Shown here piece by piece: positions 25,421 through 38,280 of a stretch of 64,000 nt of DNA. The number at the start of each line of letters is the position of its first letter. Position 1 is the stretch's first letter. The notes below the pieces were generated by a model that worked only from the letters and a program-made list of their open reading frames with translations, made no database searches and had not been told where the DNA came from. Position numbers and translations under genes: made by a program. The stretch spans positions 7,564,001 to 7,628,000 of the forward strand of contig JAQFVV010000006.1 in assembly GCA_028023455.1 (NCBI GenBank), written 5' to 3'. The DNA comes from Epiperipatus broadwayi. Lineage: Eukaryota > Animalia > Onychophora.

Positions 25421-26899
25421 ATCATGGGACTGACTTCAAATTCACTGCTAATTCTTCTTTATGGTTATACCACATTGTTAAAAGATCTAATCACTGGATT
25501 TAACCCAAAATCACTGATGATATATTAAGATATGCGACATCTGACACCTGTTATATAAATATAAAGGACTAATGCGTTAAAACTATATGAACAACTTATA
25601 AATTCGTATTATGTATGAATATTGCAGATATAATGTAAAGTTTCCTTAAATAATATATAACAATAGTAGGTCCATATTATGAATATAATCTTACTTTTTG
25701 ACGAAACTGTTTTGTCCTTTTTTCTAAGTACTGAAGAAAAGCCTAAATATAAATAATATAAAAATGTTAAAACAGACTAATAATAAAATGACTCAAAATA
25801 AAAAATAATCAACTTTTATTATTGATAACAATTTGCTTTCAAAGAGGGCGCTAATTTAAAATTTTAGTTGCAAGAATTTCTTAAATTCCAAGAAAGTTTA
25901 AATGACATCATAATTAAAGTGGGGGGGGGGATAATTTACAACTTCCAATAAAAACTAAATTCTTTTTACATTAATGTTAGATAGAACGAATTCTCTTTTA
26001 TTTTCGTATATTTTCTTCATAAATGGTGTTTTAATACGCGTAATACATTGCGTTCTCTCAATTACTTTATAAAAATTTAAACAGATATAAGTTTTAATAT
26101 ACATATATTTAAAAAAAAAAAGAATAATTAATGCTTACCTTGATTCAAAGTCAGTTCAGGTTGATTAATCTTAAAATTCAGTTTCTATTAAAAAGAAAAA
26201 AGTCTAATTAAATCTGTAACATTTTTATAAATGACAGAAAATGAGAAAAGAGGGGAAAAAATTACTTTTAACTTGACATGTTTTTCTGTTAATTTAACAA
26301 CTATAATTATAGAAGAATTCAACGCCACTTCAGCCATGCAAGGTTGTCGAATAGTTGGTACATCCTATAAATATACAATGTACGCATTAGTAAGAGACTG
26401 ACATTACATAGTAATAACAACCACATCCGATAAAATCAGTATTTCTCAATCACTCGGCCATTCACCCACTTAGGTCCACAAACTATGAAAACATTTGACC
26501 AGTTTGCAAAAGATACCTCACTTCCACATTCACTGTTGCAACTCTCATATTCTTCAAGATATCATATTCATTGTGACACGGGCATATAAAATAACATGGC
26601 TCCATTATCTATCACTAATAATAATCAAATGATTTATTACTATGGAGTCCATAAGAAGTTTGAAAGATGAGCCACAGTCTATGGATCTTGAGTTATAAGG
26701 TCTGCCACAGCACCGTTGTACTTTCAGGGCGATTATCTACTAATTACTGGTAAATGTATACATCCAGCTTCTGAGAGGCAGTTAATAGCATCGTGCTTTG
26801 AGACTTTTGTCAAGTATAATATTCTAATTTCATTATGTTATTCTCACGCAATGTGTTTTCTCATTGATTTAATAACATATCTCATTTATCATGAATCTT

Positions 26900-27150
26900 T
26901 ATAACCCTATCGTAATAACAAAAACTGCCCTACATGGATTCACTTGCCTGGCAGACTCCAGAACTGAAGATCCCTCACTTGGCCTGGCAGACTCCAGAAC
27001 TGAAGATCCCTGGATCATGGCTGGCCCTTTCAATTCCTGTGTTCAAACCTCTAACAAACTTCTAAACAATAAGTCACTTGATTACTTTGCCCTGTGTAAT
27101 TTGATGCAATGGGGGAGTGACAGATTCTGAAATTTGAAATCTGGAGATAA
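26900..27150 (+). mobile_element. Possible LINE reverse transcriptase remnant containing a 35-bp tandem duplication (26941-27011)
   Basis: KIPGSWLALSIPVFKP resembles the IP.SW..A...P..KP motif. The duplication cacttg(g)cctggcagactccagaactgaagatccct is seen directly. Confidence 0.35.
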
Positions 27151-27755
27151 TGGGCCAGCTAGGACTTTTAGTGCGTGTACTCTTAAGCAGTTAGCCACTG
27201 AATATTTTTTAATTGTAACAATAATGCAGTGAAACTTGAGCTATAATAAAAATATAAAATATCTGGGAAAAAAAATTTCTTAAAACCTTTTAATAAACAA
27301 AAGAAACATTATTAAAGTTTTCAAATATTTTCTCTTACCGCACTTATGAATTAAGAGCTTGTTCAAGCTATTGGTACACTCTCTATATTACATATTTATA
27401 AATACAAGCTTATAAAAGCAATGTCATGCTAAATATGACTTGCTTTATTGCTTACTAAAGTTTTTAATATAAATATCCAAGCTATTTAACTCAGAGAAAA
27501 AATCAAGCATTGATCACAACAGCAGAAATATTCTTGAATCTCCGACAGTAAATCTAGTTTCATAAGATGAGTAATGACAATTATTTTAAATGTATAGCAT
27601 AATGCTTAAAACATAAATAAATGCCACATTTTATATGTTGGGCCACAAAAATTTATCTGATTTATCATTAGTTTACAAGAGAAATAAGTTTGAGAAAGAT
27701 TGATTTAAATGATGCTAAGTAGGATGTACTCCCTGATCAAAGGCACGGAATAATG

Positions 27756-28150
27756 CAGAAGTGTCCAACCTGCAGCCTGTGGGCCATATGTGGCCCAGAA
27801 CAATTTTGAAGGCAACCCAACACAAAATCATAAATTTACAACCAGTGAGTTTTTTTTTTTTTTGTGAATATGTGTCACAATGTGACTAAAATAAATGTAT
27901 GTATGCTCTTGTTATTTATATGCATGCACAGCTTCAGTATTACAGTGGTGTGTGGCTTCCAGTGAATTATCTTCCAAGAACAGACAGTAGAAGTGACAAA
28001 ATCAGAGGTTACATGTGCAGATTGTGACTTGGTGAAGCAGTGATTACAAATATTATAATCTACCATTGTGTTTGGGTCCTAAATGTATAGCCCAAGATAT
28101 CTCTTCTTTTCCAATGTGGTCCAGAGATGACAAAAAAATAGACACCCCTG
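27756..28150. mobile_element. hAT-Charlie-type MITE with MER30-like termini
   Basis: TIR-like ends cagaagtgtccaacc / atagacacccctg; 8-bp flanks gaataatg / atataatg (6 of 8 match). Subterminal sequences resemble the MER30 consensus as recalled. Confidence 0.75.
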
Positions 28151-28462
28151 ATATAATGATTAGGCAACAAGGGATTACAACCAGGCAATAATACTTCATC
28201 GTCATTGGTAATAATTAAGTTCATATACCACTTTAGAATTTTACTACTTTACAATGTGTTGCTATGGACTGGAACTCATAAAACTTTACAATCACCTCAA
28301 AGTAAAGAGTATTAAGATAGTGACAACAATGCCTTCCATCTTCCTATTATTATTTATTTAATAAGAGTATGGAAGTTGTTTAAAGTATTATATTGCATAG
28401 ACAAAATATTTTCTTGCCTCAGTCAGATTGATATAATTATAAATTGTTAAAATACTTATAAT

Positions 28463-28600
28463 TAGCTGTATTTTTATGTTGGACTATTTCCATCATCTAA
28501 TAGGTGTGTTGAATGTCTTTAGAAAAGTTTAATTTTATTTAAATATTCCAAATGCATTCAACTGTTAGTAATATTACAGCAAACAGGTTAGTATATGCAC
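28463..28600 (-). mobile_element. Solo tail fragment of the tRNA/HHR SINE family
   Basis: ttggactatttccatcatctaat...aaatattccaaatgcattcaactgttagtaat...aaacaggttagtatatgcac matches 22856-22977. Confidence 0.85.
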
Positions 28601-29310
28601 CAACTGTATTTTCTTGCCTCAGTCAGTTAGAACATGTATAATTACATTAATCATTACTCTCTTTTATTCCCTATTTTATTTTACTACCTTCAGCTATGTA
28701 GACTAATTCTGGGCTGTCAACATGGCTCTCTCAAAATGTAGGAGAGAAATTAGAATGCATTATGACCAAAAAAAGACAAATAAATAATTTATGTGATAAA
28801 CTACAATTTAAAAAGAACAACTTTTTTTTTTTTGAACAGAAAATTTATTTCTAGCAACAATTAATGTTTCGGTCAAATCCTGTTGCCATCTTCAGAATCC
28901 AAAAGCCGTGTAAAATAAACTTTCTCATTATGGTACAAATTTAGAAATAAAATAACCATAAAATTGATGTTTTTATAACAAACATTAAAAAATACATGGT
29001 TAATTTCTCAGTCATGTGATTTCCAAAGGACCAAGAGGTAGAATTAGCAAGACAGTTCCAGTTAGTTAACTAAATGAGATTTTTTATTTTACTCAGCTGA
29101 ATACTGAGTGGGGAAATTTATATCTCAGGTCCCCCATTCTACTGAAACACTAAAATGCATAGAAAATGCTAAACATGATCCACTGTGATATTAAATTTAT
29201 TCATGAGTGAAGTAAAAGTATAATCAAATTGCAGAAATCTTTCTACATGCCTCAGCATGATTGTAAATATGGTAAGTTGGAGAGCAAAAGGATCTTTCAT
29301 CAATTTCTTA

Positions 29311-29710
29311 AAAGTGGATAGAAACAAGTCCCTACCTGCAAGAGAGTGATATAATGAAAATTACACTACAGAAAATTTTTTCATTAGATGGATAATATTG
29401 AGGCTAATGAATGACTAATAAAAATTATTAATATACTTCCATCAAATAGTTTGTGTCAATGCTGTAGCAACAGAAAGTTTGACACATCAATTAAACTGTA
29501 GTAATTCTGCAAGCTATATATATTGAACAATAATAAGGGTATTGTCCATTGATGAATGCTGGTTGAGCACAAAATGTGCATCTTGGGATCATACATCTTC
29601 TTCACGTCTTTGGTCATATGCTTAAGATTACATCCCTCAACAAGATGTTAAAAGTGAATAGAAACCAATCCCTACCTTATGTAAGAGTGACGTAATGAAA
29701 AATTATACTA
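29311..29710 (+). mobile_element. Family B copy, about 1.2 tandem units (period about 340), degenerate HHR at 29546-29587
   Basis: aaagtg(g/a)atagaaac.a.tccctacc at 29311 and 29651; ccattgatgaatgctggttgagcacaaaatgtgcatcttgggatc. Confidence 0.8.
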
Positions 29711-30377
29711 AATAAATAATATATAAAAAATTAAAAATAAATATAATAATTAAATAAAATTTAGGGGGGGAAATGTGATATATGCAGGTAGAAATTTGCT
29801 TAAAAATGACAAATACATCATCATCTTCATAAAAATAAATGTGTTGTGGAAATTAATAAAAATTATAATGAAATGATGATGGTGTGGTAAACTAATCTGT
29901 AAAATCGTCAAGATTAATTACTTAAAATTACAGATACCTAACAAATAAATCGCATAACCTCAGTCAACGCTTAAAATAAACCAATAAAAAATGAGCAATC
30001 TATTGTCAAGGCATTAATGTACTACCTGTGTTGCCGTGACAACACCTTGCTAATATTCTATTGGTCTATTTTAATCATTGGTTGGAATGATATGACTTAC
30101 ATTTGATATTCAATTAGCTATGTGTACTTATGGTTGATAAATAAGGTAGATAAATTTAATAATCTATTTTGCAATTGATGTAGTAAGCAATGGTGACATA
30201 AAGTACGATTATCAGATTATAAACAGTAAGCTTCTTTGTATGGCATCTGCTTTGATAGCTAATGAATAATGCTACTTAATATTGCTTATATTTTAAAATG
30301 CAACCAAACAGCTTATTAAACAAAATAAATGTAAAATTATTATGAATAAATATTTTTATAATATAGTCACTACTTAC

Positions 30378-30530
30378 CCCCCCCCCCCATTTTAAAGCAA
30401 CTTTAATTCCTGTTTCGAATTTCAGGCCTTCATCAGAGATACAATACATTAAGCAGATCTCTGATGAAGGATGCAGGTTCAGTTGAAACAGAAAATTAAA
30501 TTGCTTTAAAAAGTGCAAAAGGGGGGGGGG
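30378..30530. repeat. Inverted repeat whose arms carry degenerate hammerhead-like cores
   Basis: Poly-C...gtttcgaatttcaggccttcatcagagat / atctctgatgaaggatgcaggttcagttgaaac...poly-G. Confidence 0.7.
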
Positions 30531-32385
30531 GATACTGAAAAGATAGAATATATTTTTTTAAGTTCGGCACATACATGTGTGTAAAATAGAATTTTTACTC
30601 AATTGTGATTCTATAAAAAGTGCTATGGGAAGAAGTCCTATTTGTTCTGCCCTGTGTACCACTCTATTTCAAATCCTTCATTAACCAAAACAGATATTTC
30701 AAACAGTAAAGAAAAAGATTACAATAGTTCTTTAATAAAAAAATGGCCGATCGCATATTTCTTCTGGTTATACTTAGGATTCAATCATATAGTTATGTAA
30801 AGTAGTAATAAAATAATCGAAATGTCTGTTTACCAGGAAGTCGTAAAACACTTCAGCACCAAAGTGAACGATTGATTTTCGCCTCAAATATGGCAACCCC
30901 CTCTCTCCCATGCAAAACTGCTCAGGGAAATACAAATTTTATTCTAAGAAACATCTAATCATACTTAAAAACGAAGAATCGATGAAGATTGTAAGTGAAA
31001 CTACGGTACGAACTCAATAACAGACAAAATAACATATATATATAACGCAATTTGGATTTACTTCTGTGTGGTTGTACGGAAATAATTTTTAACAATCGTC
31101 TAGTTTATTAATTATCAGCAGTTCAATCAGCATATTAGCTGAACCTCACTTCTTAGTCACGTCTCTTTGTTTCACCATTCTCTTTTCTGTAATGCTAATG
31201 GAGTCCCTTATCTTAAATAGTATCCCGATACAGTTACATCTAATTACCATAATTCCATTGACACATTTTAGATTAATTAACTTCATGAAAAAAAGTCGCT
31301 CTCTACTAACAAATACTCTTTTTTTTTTTCTAGCAAATCATCCTCTCTTTTTTTTTTTTCCAAAGCAGTTTTAATGCCAATCTTATCACTAGGCCAATTA
31401 CTATCGGAGTTGTAAACAATGACCTTCGAGGTTGTTCGCTCGCATACTAATAAAAAGATCTATATATTTTTTTTAATATTAGTTATGCGTCTATTAAAAT
31501 ACTCAGTATTGCTTTAACAAAGAATAATAAGACGTCTACAGATACTTTCTCATTTGATTGTAACCCATATTTCAATAGTATTATCCCAATAAGTGTAATC
31601 TAATCATTCCTACATAGGGGTGAAGAAAAGAGGAAAATATCAAACCATGTTTCATAATTGTTAACATTATGTGAACCATCTGTTCTTCAGAACTAATTTA
31701 TCAACATTATTATCAAGAGTCAGTTTATAACAATAACAAAGAAAACGCTCAGATTTTTTTCTTCTCTCTTTTCAGCAATTATAAATCGAATTATAAATAA
31801 ATAGTAATTTATTAAAATGATTTTAAATGGGAAGGGGGGAGGGGAACTTTCTCAAAAAATTTGAAAGCGAAAAATTCAATTCCGATAACAACAAAAAACT
31901 ATATACGCAAATTATATTTATTTTGAAGTAAATTATAACCTTTCCTGCAGAATTAAAAGAATTCATTCTGAAAATAAAATGTTACAAATTACATTAAATT
32001 ACAGTTTATTAAGTGGCAATAAAGATTTTATTGCTATATTTATTTCAAATAAATCATCTCTCTAATAACTATAACACAATAATTCACCATTATTCTTTTT
32101 CTAATTCTATAGCTATTATCATTTACTTTCGATCACTTGGATTAATCCAAGATCTAATCATCTTAAGCCTATCTCAACCACTTTTCCATCTTTTAATTAC
32201 GCACATAGCAATTCTAACTTTAATACATTTTTGCTTTATTTTCTAATTTTTTATTATTTCTCTATTTCTTTTTTATTACACTCGTCTACGTGGTTGTTAT
32301 GACAATAAAGATATCCAAAATTTATTACTTTATAATCAAGGCTTGAACGCTTGTCTAGGCAGATAAAACAATAACTGCTTAAAAT

Positions 32386-34910
32386 CAGCAATGGGAACAA
32401 TGCAGTAATTTATTACTTGAATACCACCGTATTGAATCTTTTTCTTTCGGGCGACATATTTATCTATGCTACGCTACGTGGGCCATAATATAATACACCC
32501 TACCTCATAATATAGTATAAAAATAAACCTAAATGTGTCCAAGCATTTATTTAAAAGTTAGTATGATTTTTGATGTTGAGACAAACCGCTGACTATTTTA
32601 AATAAATCAAATTCATAACTGCTATATGCTACTCTTAATATATCATTAAGTTAGTAATTGGTAAGCCGACTTCTATATACGTTTATCACTTATTTAATTT
32701 TAGAATAGAATGGTTTGCATAGATACGTTGATGCGAATGTAGGCAGCATTTGGGCATGCTTTTCTAGTTTTGTATTTTTCGGGCACTTATTTTCAAAATT
32801 TAGCATACTCCTTTCCTTCCTTCTTTTCGTTAAAAATAACCTACAGATTAGCATCATTTTTGAGCTTGATGAATTTAACAAATAACTTTTCACAATCATA
32901 TCCCAAGGCAGCTAGTGGTTTAATAATTGCTGTTTCTTAGTGCCAGATATTTTCTACAATCAACAGACAATTCTTATTTTTTAAATCCTGAAATTTGCTC
33001 TTAAATTCCTTGCATAAGACATCTAAATAATTTGAAATAATCATCTAGTTTTTTGAAAAAATATCAATAAAATCTTGTTTAGCTTTTTTATGTTAGAAAA
33101 TTATGCAATATTTAGTTATATATTTCCTTCTAATAGGTGCTTGTTTCTTTCCAAAAGAAATACTTTATTTACCCTCTGTAAAATAATTGTATTGACAGCC
33201 TGAAAACCCATAATTGAGCTCACCAAACTTTTCTTTGATGTCACACAGAAAGGCTAAAAGACACCACTGTCCATCATGTTCAAATTTCACTATCAACTTT
33301 GTTTAATTATAAAAATAATTTCTTGCTGTAAAGAAAATGACAAATTCAAAACTTTTCCTTTATGTAAGTATCACACTGACATACATAAAAGGACTTCAAT
33401 AAAATAGCTGTTCATTTCTTCCAAAAGAATTTTAAATTAATTTTCTATGGTTCAGTTCGTATGTTTGGGTAAAATTCACTATATTTGTGCCAGTTTTCAT
33501 CACAGTATCTACTTTATTTATGAAACTATGCACTGCCAAGTTTTCTTGGTGAATGATGCCAGAAAAATGATGAGATGTATTAAACTGTGTTTTTTCCAAT
33601 AGTGAAACAAATCTTTTTTTTAAATCTAATCATTGAAGAACAACCATCAATGTACACACAAATCAATTGCTTTGTAACAATATTATTCTGCTCCAAAAAA
33701 GTATTAATAATATTGAAATAATCAGAGTCCCTGGATTGATTCTTCGTAGAAAAAAATAAAAATATTTATGAATTAAATTCCATTCAGTACGGTAAGTAAT
33801 GAAAACAGAATGTGGTGACGTTGCTGAAATCTCAGTGCTAAAATCAAAAGCCAAGCAAAAATATTTACAATTTTTCATATTTTCCATGACATGATCAGAA
33901 AACTTTTACAAGATCTTTAATATGTCTAAATCAGATAAAATTTTAAGAGTTGAATGTTTTTAAAGTTGCACATATTTTATAAAGAGTTCACAAATAAGCT
34001 CTTAACAAGTTTTTCAGAATATCCTTAACCTCAGACCGGTTTCTAGCTCTGGCTTTCACCAGTGAGGCACTAGGATATTCAAGCATTAAATTTAAAATAC
34101 CAAGCCCAGCACTTTATCTAATGGATAACTATTAAGTAGAAAATCTGAAATTTTTCAGACATCAATATGTTTTCCATTCCAGCTATCTAGCGTAAATAGG
34201 CATATGGGACTGAACTAAGTTCAGATACACCATATATTAATAGCTTTAGCACTATAAAATCACCAAAGCCTTAATAGCAAAAAATAAAAATAAAAATAAA
34301 TCAAGTCAGATGGCACATGCCTTAATTTAAACAAGCTCGTATTACAAATGTTTTATAAAGAGCTCGCAAATAAGCTCTTAACAACATTTGTAATACAAGC
34401 TTGTTTAAATTAAGTCATGTGACATCTGATTTGATTTATTTGTAATTTAAAATTTGCAATGTAATTTGATTTCTATTGTTAAATTTATCAAATAATACAT
34501 TGGAATCATTGATGGAAATATTTTTTTCACAATTTCAGTGTCAGTAAATGGTTTCATATTTTTAACAAGTATATAACTAATTTCGTATGATACTCATGCC
34601 ACTGCTGGATCTAATGATATCGCCACTGACATAATGCTTTATTGGAGTTACAGTGACTTCTTGAAGAAAGTTAACTTTTCACATCTTCTTAAAAACTGCG
34701 AAACACTGTGTCATTAAATGATTTGCATTTTGTGATACAATGGTAAACAATATTATATATTTTTTTAACATAACACATATGACAAATAAACAAGTTGTCA
34801 AACTGTGTTTATTTTGTGCGATAAAATATTCTTCTTTCCGATTTGATTGAAACCATCTATTTTCTGTGGATATTTTTTGTTTGTATTTCGATGGCATTCC
34901 TGCCATTCAG
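32386..34910 (-). mobile_element. hAT (Buster/Charlie/SPIN-like) transposase fossil
   Basis: KQKISTENRWFQSNRKEEYF (N-terminus), KYFCLAFDFSTEISATS (YFSLALDESTD motif), LPTFASTYLCK and YRSRLTN.*LNDILRVA (hAT C-terminal dimerisation region). Possible TIR cagcaatgggaac at 32386. Confidence 0.85.
34295..34441. repeat. Foldback with about 58-bp arms inside the hAT fossil
   Basis: aaataaatcaagtcagatggcacatgccttaatttaaacaagctcgtattacaaatgtt / aacatttgtaatacaagcttgtttaaattaagtcatgtgacatctgatttgatttattt. Confidence 0.9.
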
Positions 34911-36051
34911 AATGATTAAAATATGGTTTGTTACAAAATAATAAATTTCAAAATAGTTACAAATTTGCTGTATCCTTATAATACAATCGTCACTTGAATT
35001 ATAAAAAAAAAACGGTCATGGAACTACAACAAACACATTGCAAGTAGAGGTTCTGATTGAAGCATAGGATGCAGGCAAGGTAAGAAGATGCTGTCCATAT
35101 CTGCTTGCCAATTGATTGACTGTACCTATGCAGCTCAAGATTTTAAAAAAATAATGAATGTGTTTTTTGGTTGCACATGAAAGCTCAATGGGAAGTAGGC
35201 TGAGTATGACAACAATGTAACTCAATACCTTTTCTGCCTTAGATGTTTTAATGAAGTAATATTTGGCAGTTGACTAGGGCTCAAAGTCGATAGATTATGG
35301 ACCAACTATAGAATTTCTGATGATCATCTTGTGAACTGCTCACCAATAAAACTATTTATTTGGCCCTGTATTGTTTGGCACCATGGTAGAGTGATGGAAA
35401 CTGGAAGTAAAAGCCCACGACTTCTGGTACATCTATATCTTTACCAGAGCTGAAACTAGTTACGAAATTCAAAACAATAACCCATTTGATTGTTTTACGG
35501 CTAGATTCACAAATCAGTTTAATTATATATCTTACTACAATAAATAATCAAAGAAGTAGGAAACCAAAAATGTCATGTGGCATTTAAATACCAAAAATCT
35601 CAGAAATCATATCGAGAATGTTTATATTTTTCACTGTAGCAGGATGCCAAATTGCACATGGTTTCATACTAGTGATTTTATTTTTTTAACAATGGATGAA
35701 TACTTTGCAGATGTGGATGTGAATTAGCTGTGATCCCATAATGCATTTGTTCAAAAAGAGGAACTTTGTCGGGTAACAAATATTTTAGATTTACTTTTAC
35801 CCTTAAAAGTTATTCTGAGATCAATAGTGAAAAGAAGTGCAAAATACAGTTAACCCAATCTATGAAGAGGGATCATTATTATTACTCTTTGAAAGACTAC
35901 CAATAAATAACTTAACAATTACTTAAACATCACATGATTTCAGCCTATGCATTACTTTTAACTTTTACAATGTCAACTCGGCCTGGCAAATTTTTGAATA
36001 GTTTCTAGCGACTCTTATATTTAATATAACTCTATGTTTGATTTTCTGGTA

Positions 36052-37250
36052 TTCATTGAAGAGCCCCCATATCCCACTGGATGGCACCATTTTTGCGCTA
36101 AAACACATAAAAATGCCGTCTCCACGGCCGCCACGTTCGAACCCGCATTTCCTATAATACAACTTTTTTGTTGTGCTACATATTGCAGGCCGCTATGTCG
36201 CGTCGCAGTACAACATGTATGTTTTACGCAGCAAATACATTTTCCGAATTCGCACAGTTTATAAAATGGTTATGGCTTGGGGAGAGGATGTGTTTTTTTG
36301 AATTGGATGGAAATGTTGTTTTCATTGTTTTTTTTTTTTATTTTAAAGTATTAAAATGTTCAGATTTTGTAAAGTAATAATTAACAGAATTTTTACACCG
36401 TAGTGTATTGAAGTTTTAAGCAGTAAATGTTGTTGAGATATATGTATAAAATGATTTGGAATTAGGTAACGAGTCAAGTAACATACTGTTCGTAACATTC
36501 CATGAGACAACGAAGATTGTACCATGTGTATATTTTTAAAATAAAAAAGAGCGTTAACACAAAAAAATCCCGTAAGAAAAGTGTAATTGTACACTGTTTT
36601 TTTAAATGTCATAAAAAGCATATATTATAAACATTATATATATATATATTTGTTGTTGTTTAAAAAAGTTTTAGTTTATTTCTTTTCTCCGACTACTGTT
36701 ATACTTTGTTGAATAAAGTTTACGTTTATTGTTATCATTTATTTTATAGATGTTAGTAAAAGAAAATATTTACAAAAATACGATTTTGATATTTTTTATT
36801 TTAGCATTACAAACAACAGAACACTAACCGTAAACCTAACCCTAAAACTAACCCTAAACCTAACTGTAACAACTTTTACTTTTAGTTGTCATTCTATTTG
36901 AAATAAAAAATAACGATAAACAACAACAAAAAAAAAAGCCGTAACCCCAGTAAAAAAATCTCCGATAGAAAATTGATTTTTCTAATAAAAAGCAAACTAA
37001 AAAAGACGAATCAAATTATAATTTGTTTATTTTATTTTACATTTATTATTATCATTTAATTTGGATACGTTAATAAAAAATAATATTTAAAATTAAATAA
37101 TATTTAAAAAAGACAATTTCCTTTTGTTTTTATTTTCGCATTACAAAAAACAAATCAAAATGATTATAATTAACGGCCCAGGAATGATCATATTTTATAG
37201 TTTAAGCGTGAAAACTGTGCCATCGAGTGGGATATAGTAGCTATTTGATG
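36052..37250. mobile_element. Putative non-autonomous DNA element with about 80-bp imperfect inverted ends
   Basis: atatcccactggatggcaccatttttgcgctaaaac (about 36069) vs gtttaagcgtgaaaactgtgccatcgagtgggatat (about 37200). Internal cctaac-type repeats at 36821-36870. Confidence 0.6.
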
Positions 37251-38280
37251 ACAACCGATTTTCTTTTGGTGCAATTAAATGTTTTATATATATATAATAT
37301 AATTAGTTCATACATTATAAATATTTAAGCTTTCTAATAATTAAAATTATAAAATATTTAAAACTAATATTTTAAAATTGTAAAAATAAGAATCTAACTG
37401 AAGGTCTTACTAATAACAAAGGAACACGTTATTGGCTTCATGAGACCTATTAAAAAGTTAGAAAAATGAAATATTAGATATTATAATTTTATGTTATTAA
37501 AAATGATATATTTAGAATTAGTTATCATCAAAAAAAAATTCTAAAAGTTAATAAATTATTAATTGTTATTAAAACATTTCACTGACAGTTTTTACAAAAA
37601 TGATTTTATTTTAGCCTGTATGGCTATTTCTGAGGCAGTTTCTGGTTCTCATAACATACTTACTATACTTTTTAAGAACAGACTTTTTTAAAAAAAATGT
37701 TTTCAAAGACAAATGGTTGAACAGGAAACACCTTTTACAAAAATATTGCTCATAATCATTAACAATTACTGAAAATCATATTTTTTGTGTCATTTAGCCA
37801 TAGGTTAAAATGATCTAAAGCAATAGCCAAGTTGTGAGTGGAGGAAGTTTGACAATGGTAAATGAAAATGTAACAACAACAAAACTTTTTAGATGATTTA
37901 ATGAAAGGCTAAAATGAAAAGTGGAATATGTGACAATTGTGGATGTTCCATAAAAAAAAACATCTAACTTTTTCTAGAGACAATTATTGCATCATAATCA
38001 ATTTATTTTTTATTTCATAGTAAAATGCCCCCAGTGATAAAAACAATAAACTACAACTCAAATGGAAAATAATAGTACTGGCTGTGAGAACTCAAACTGT
38101 TATTACTACACTTTTGCATATGAGTCAATAGCAATCCATTTATCAAATCGTAATGATTAATATAATATTCTCACACAACATGGCTTTCAAATATCAGCAA
38201 AATAAATTTTATATTTTTCATAAAATAAAAGAAAATCGATGAATAGGTTATAGACAGTAAAATAAAAGAACAAGGGAATT

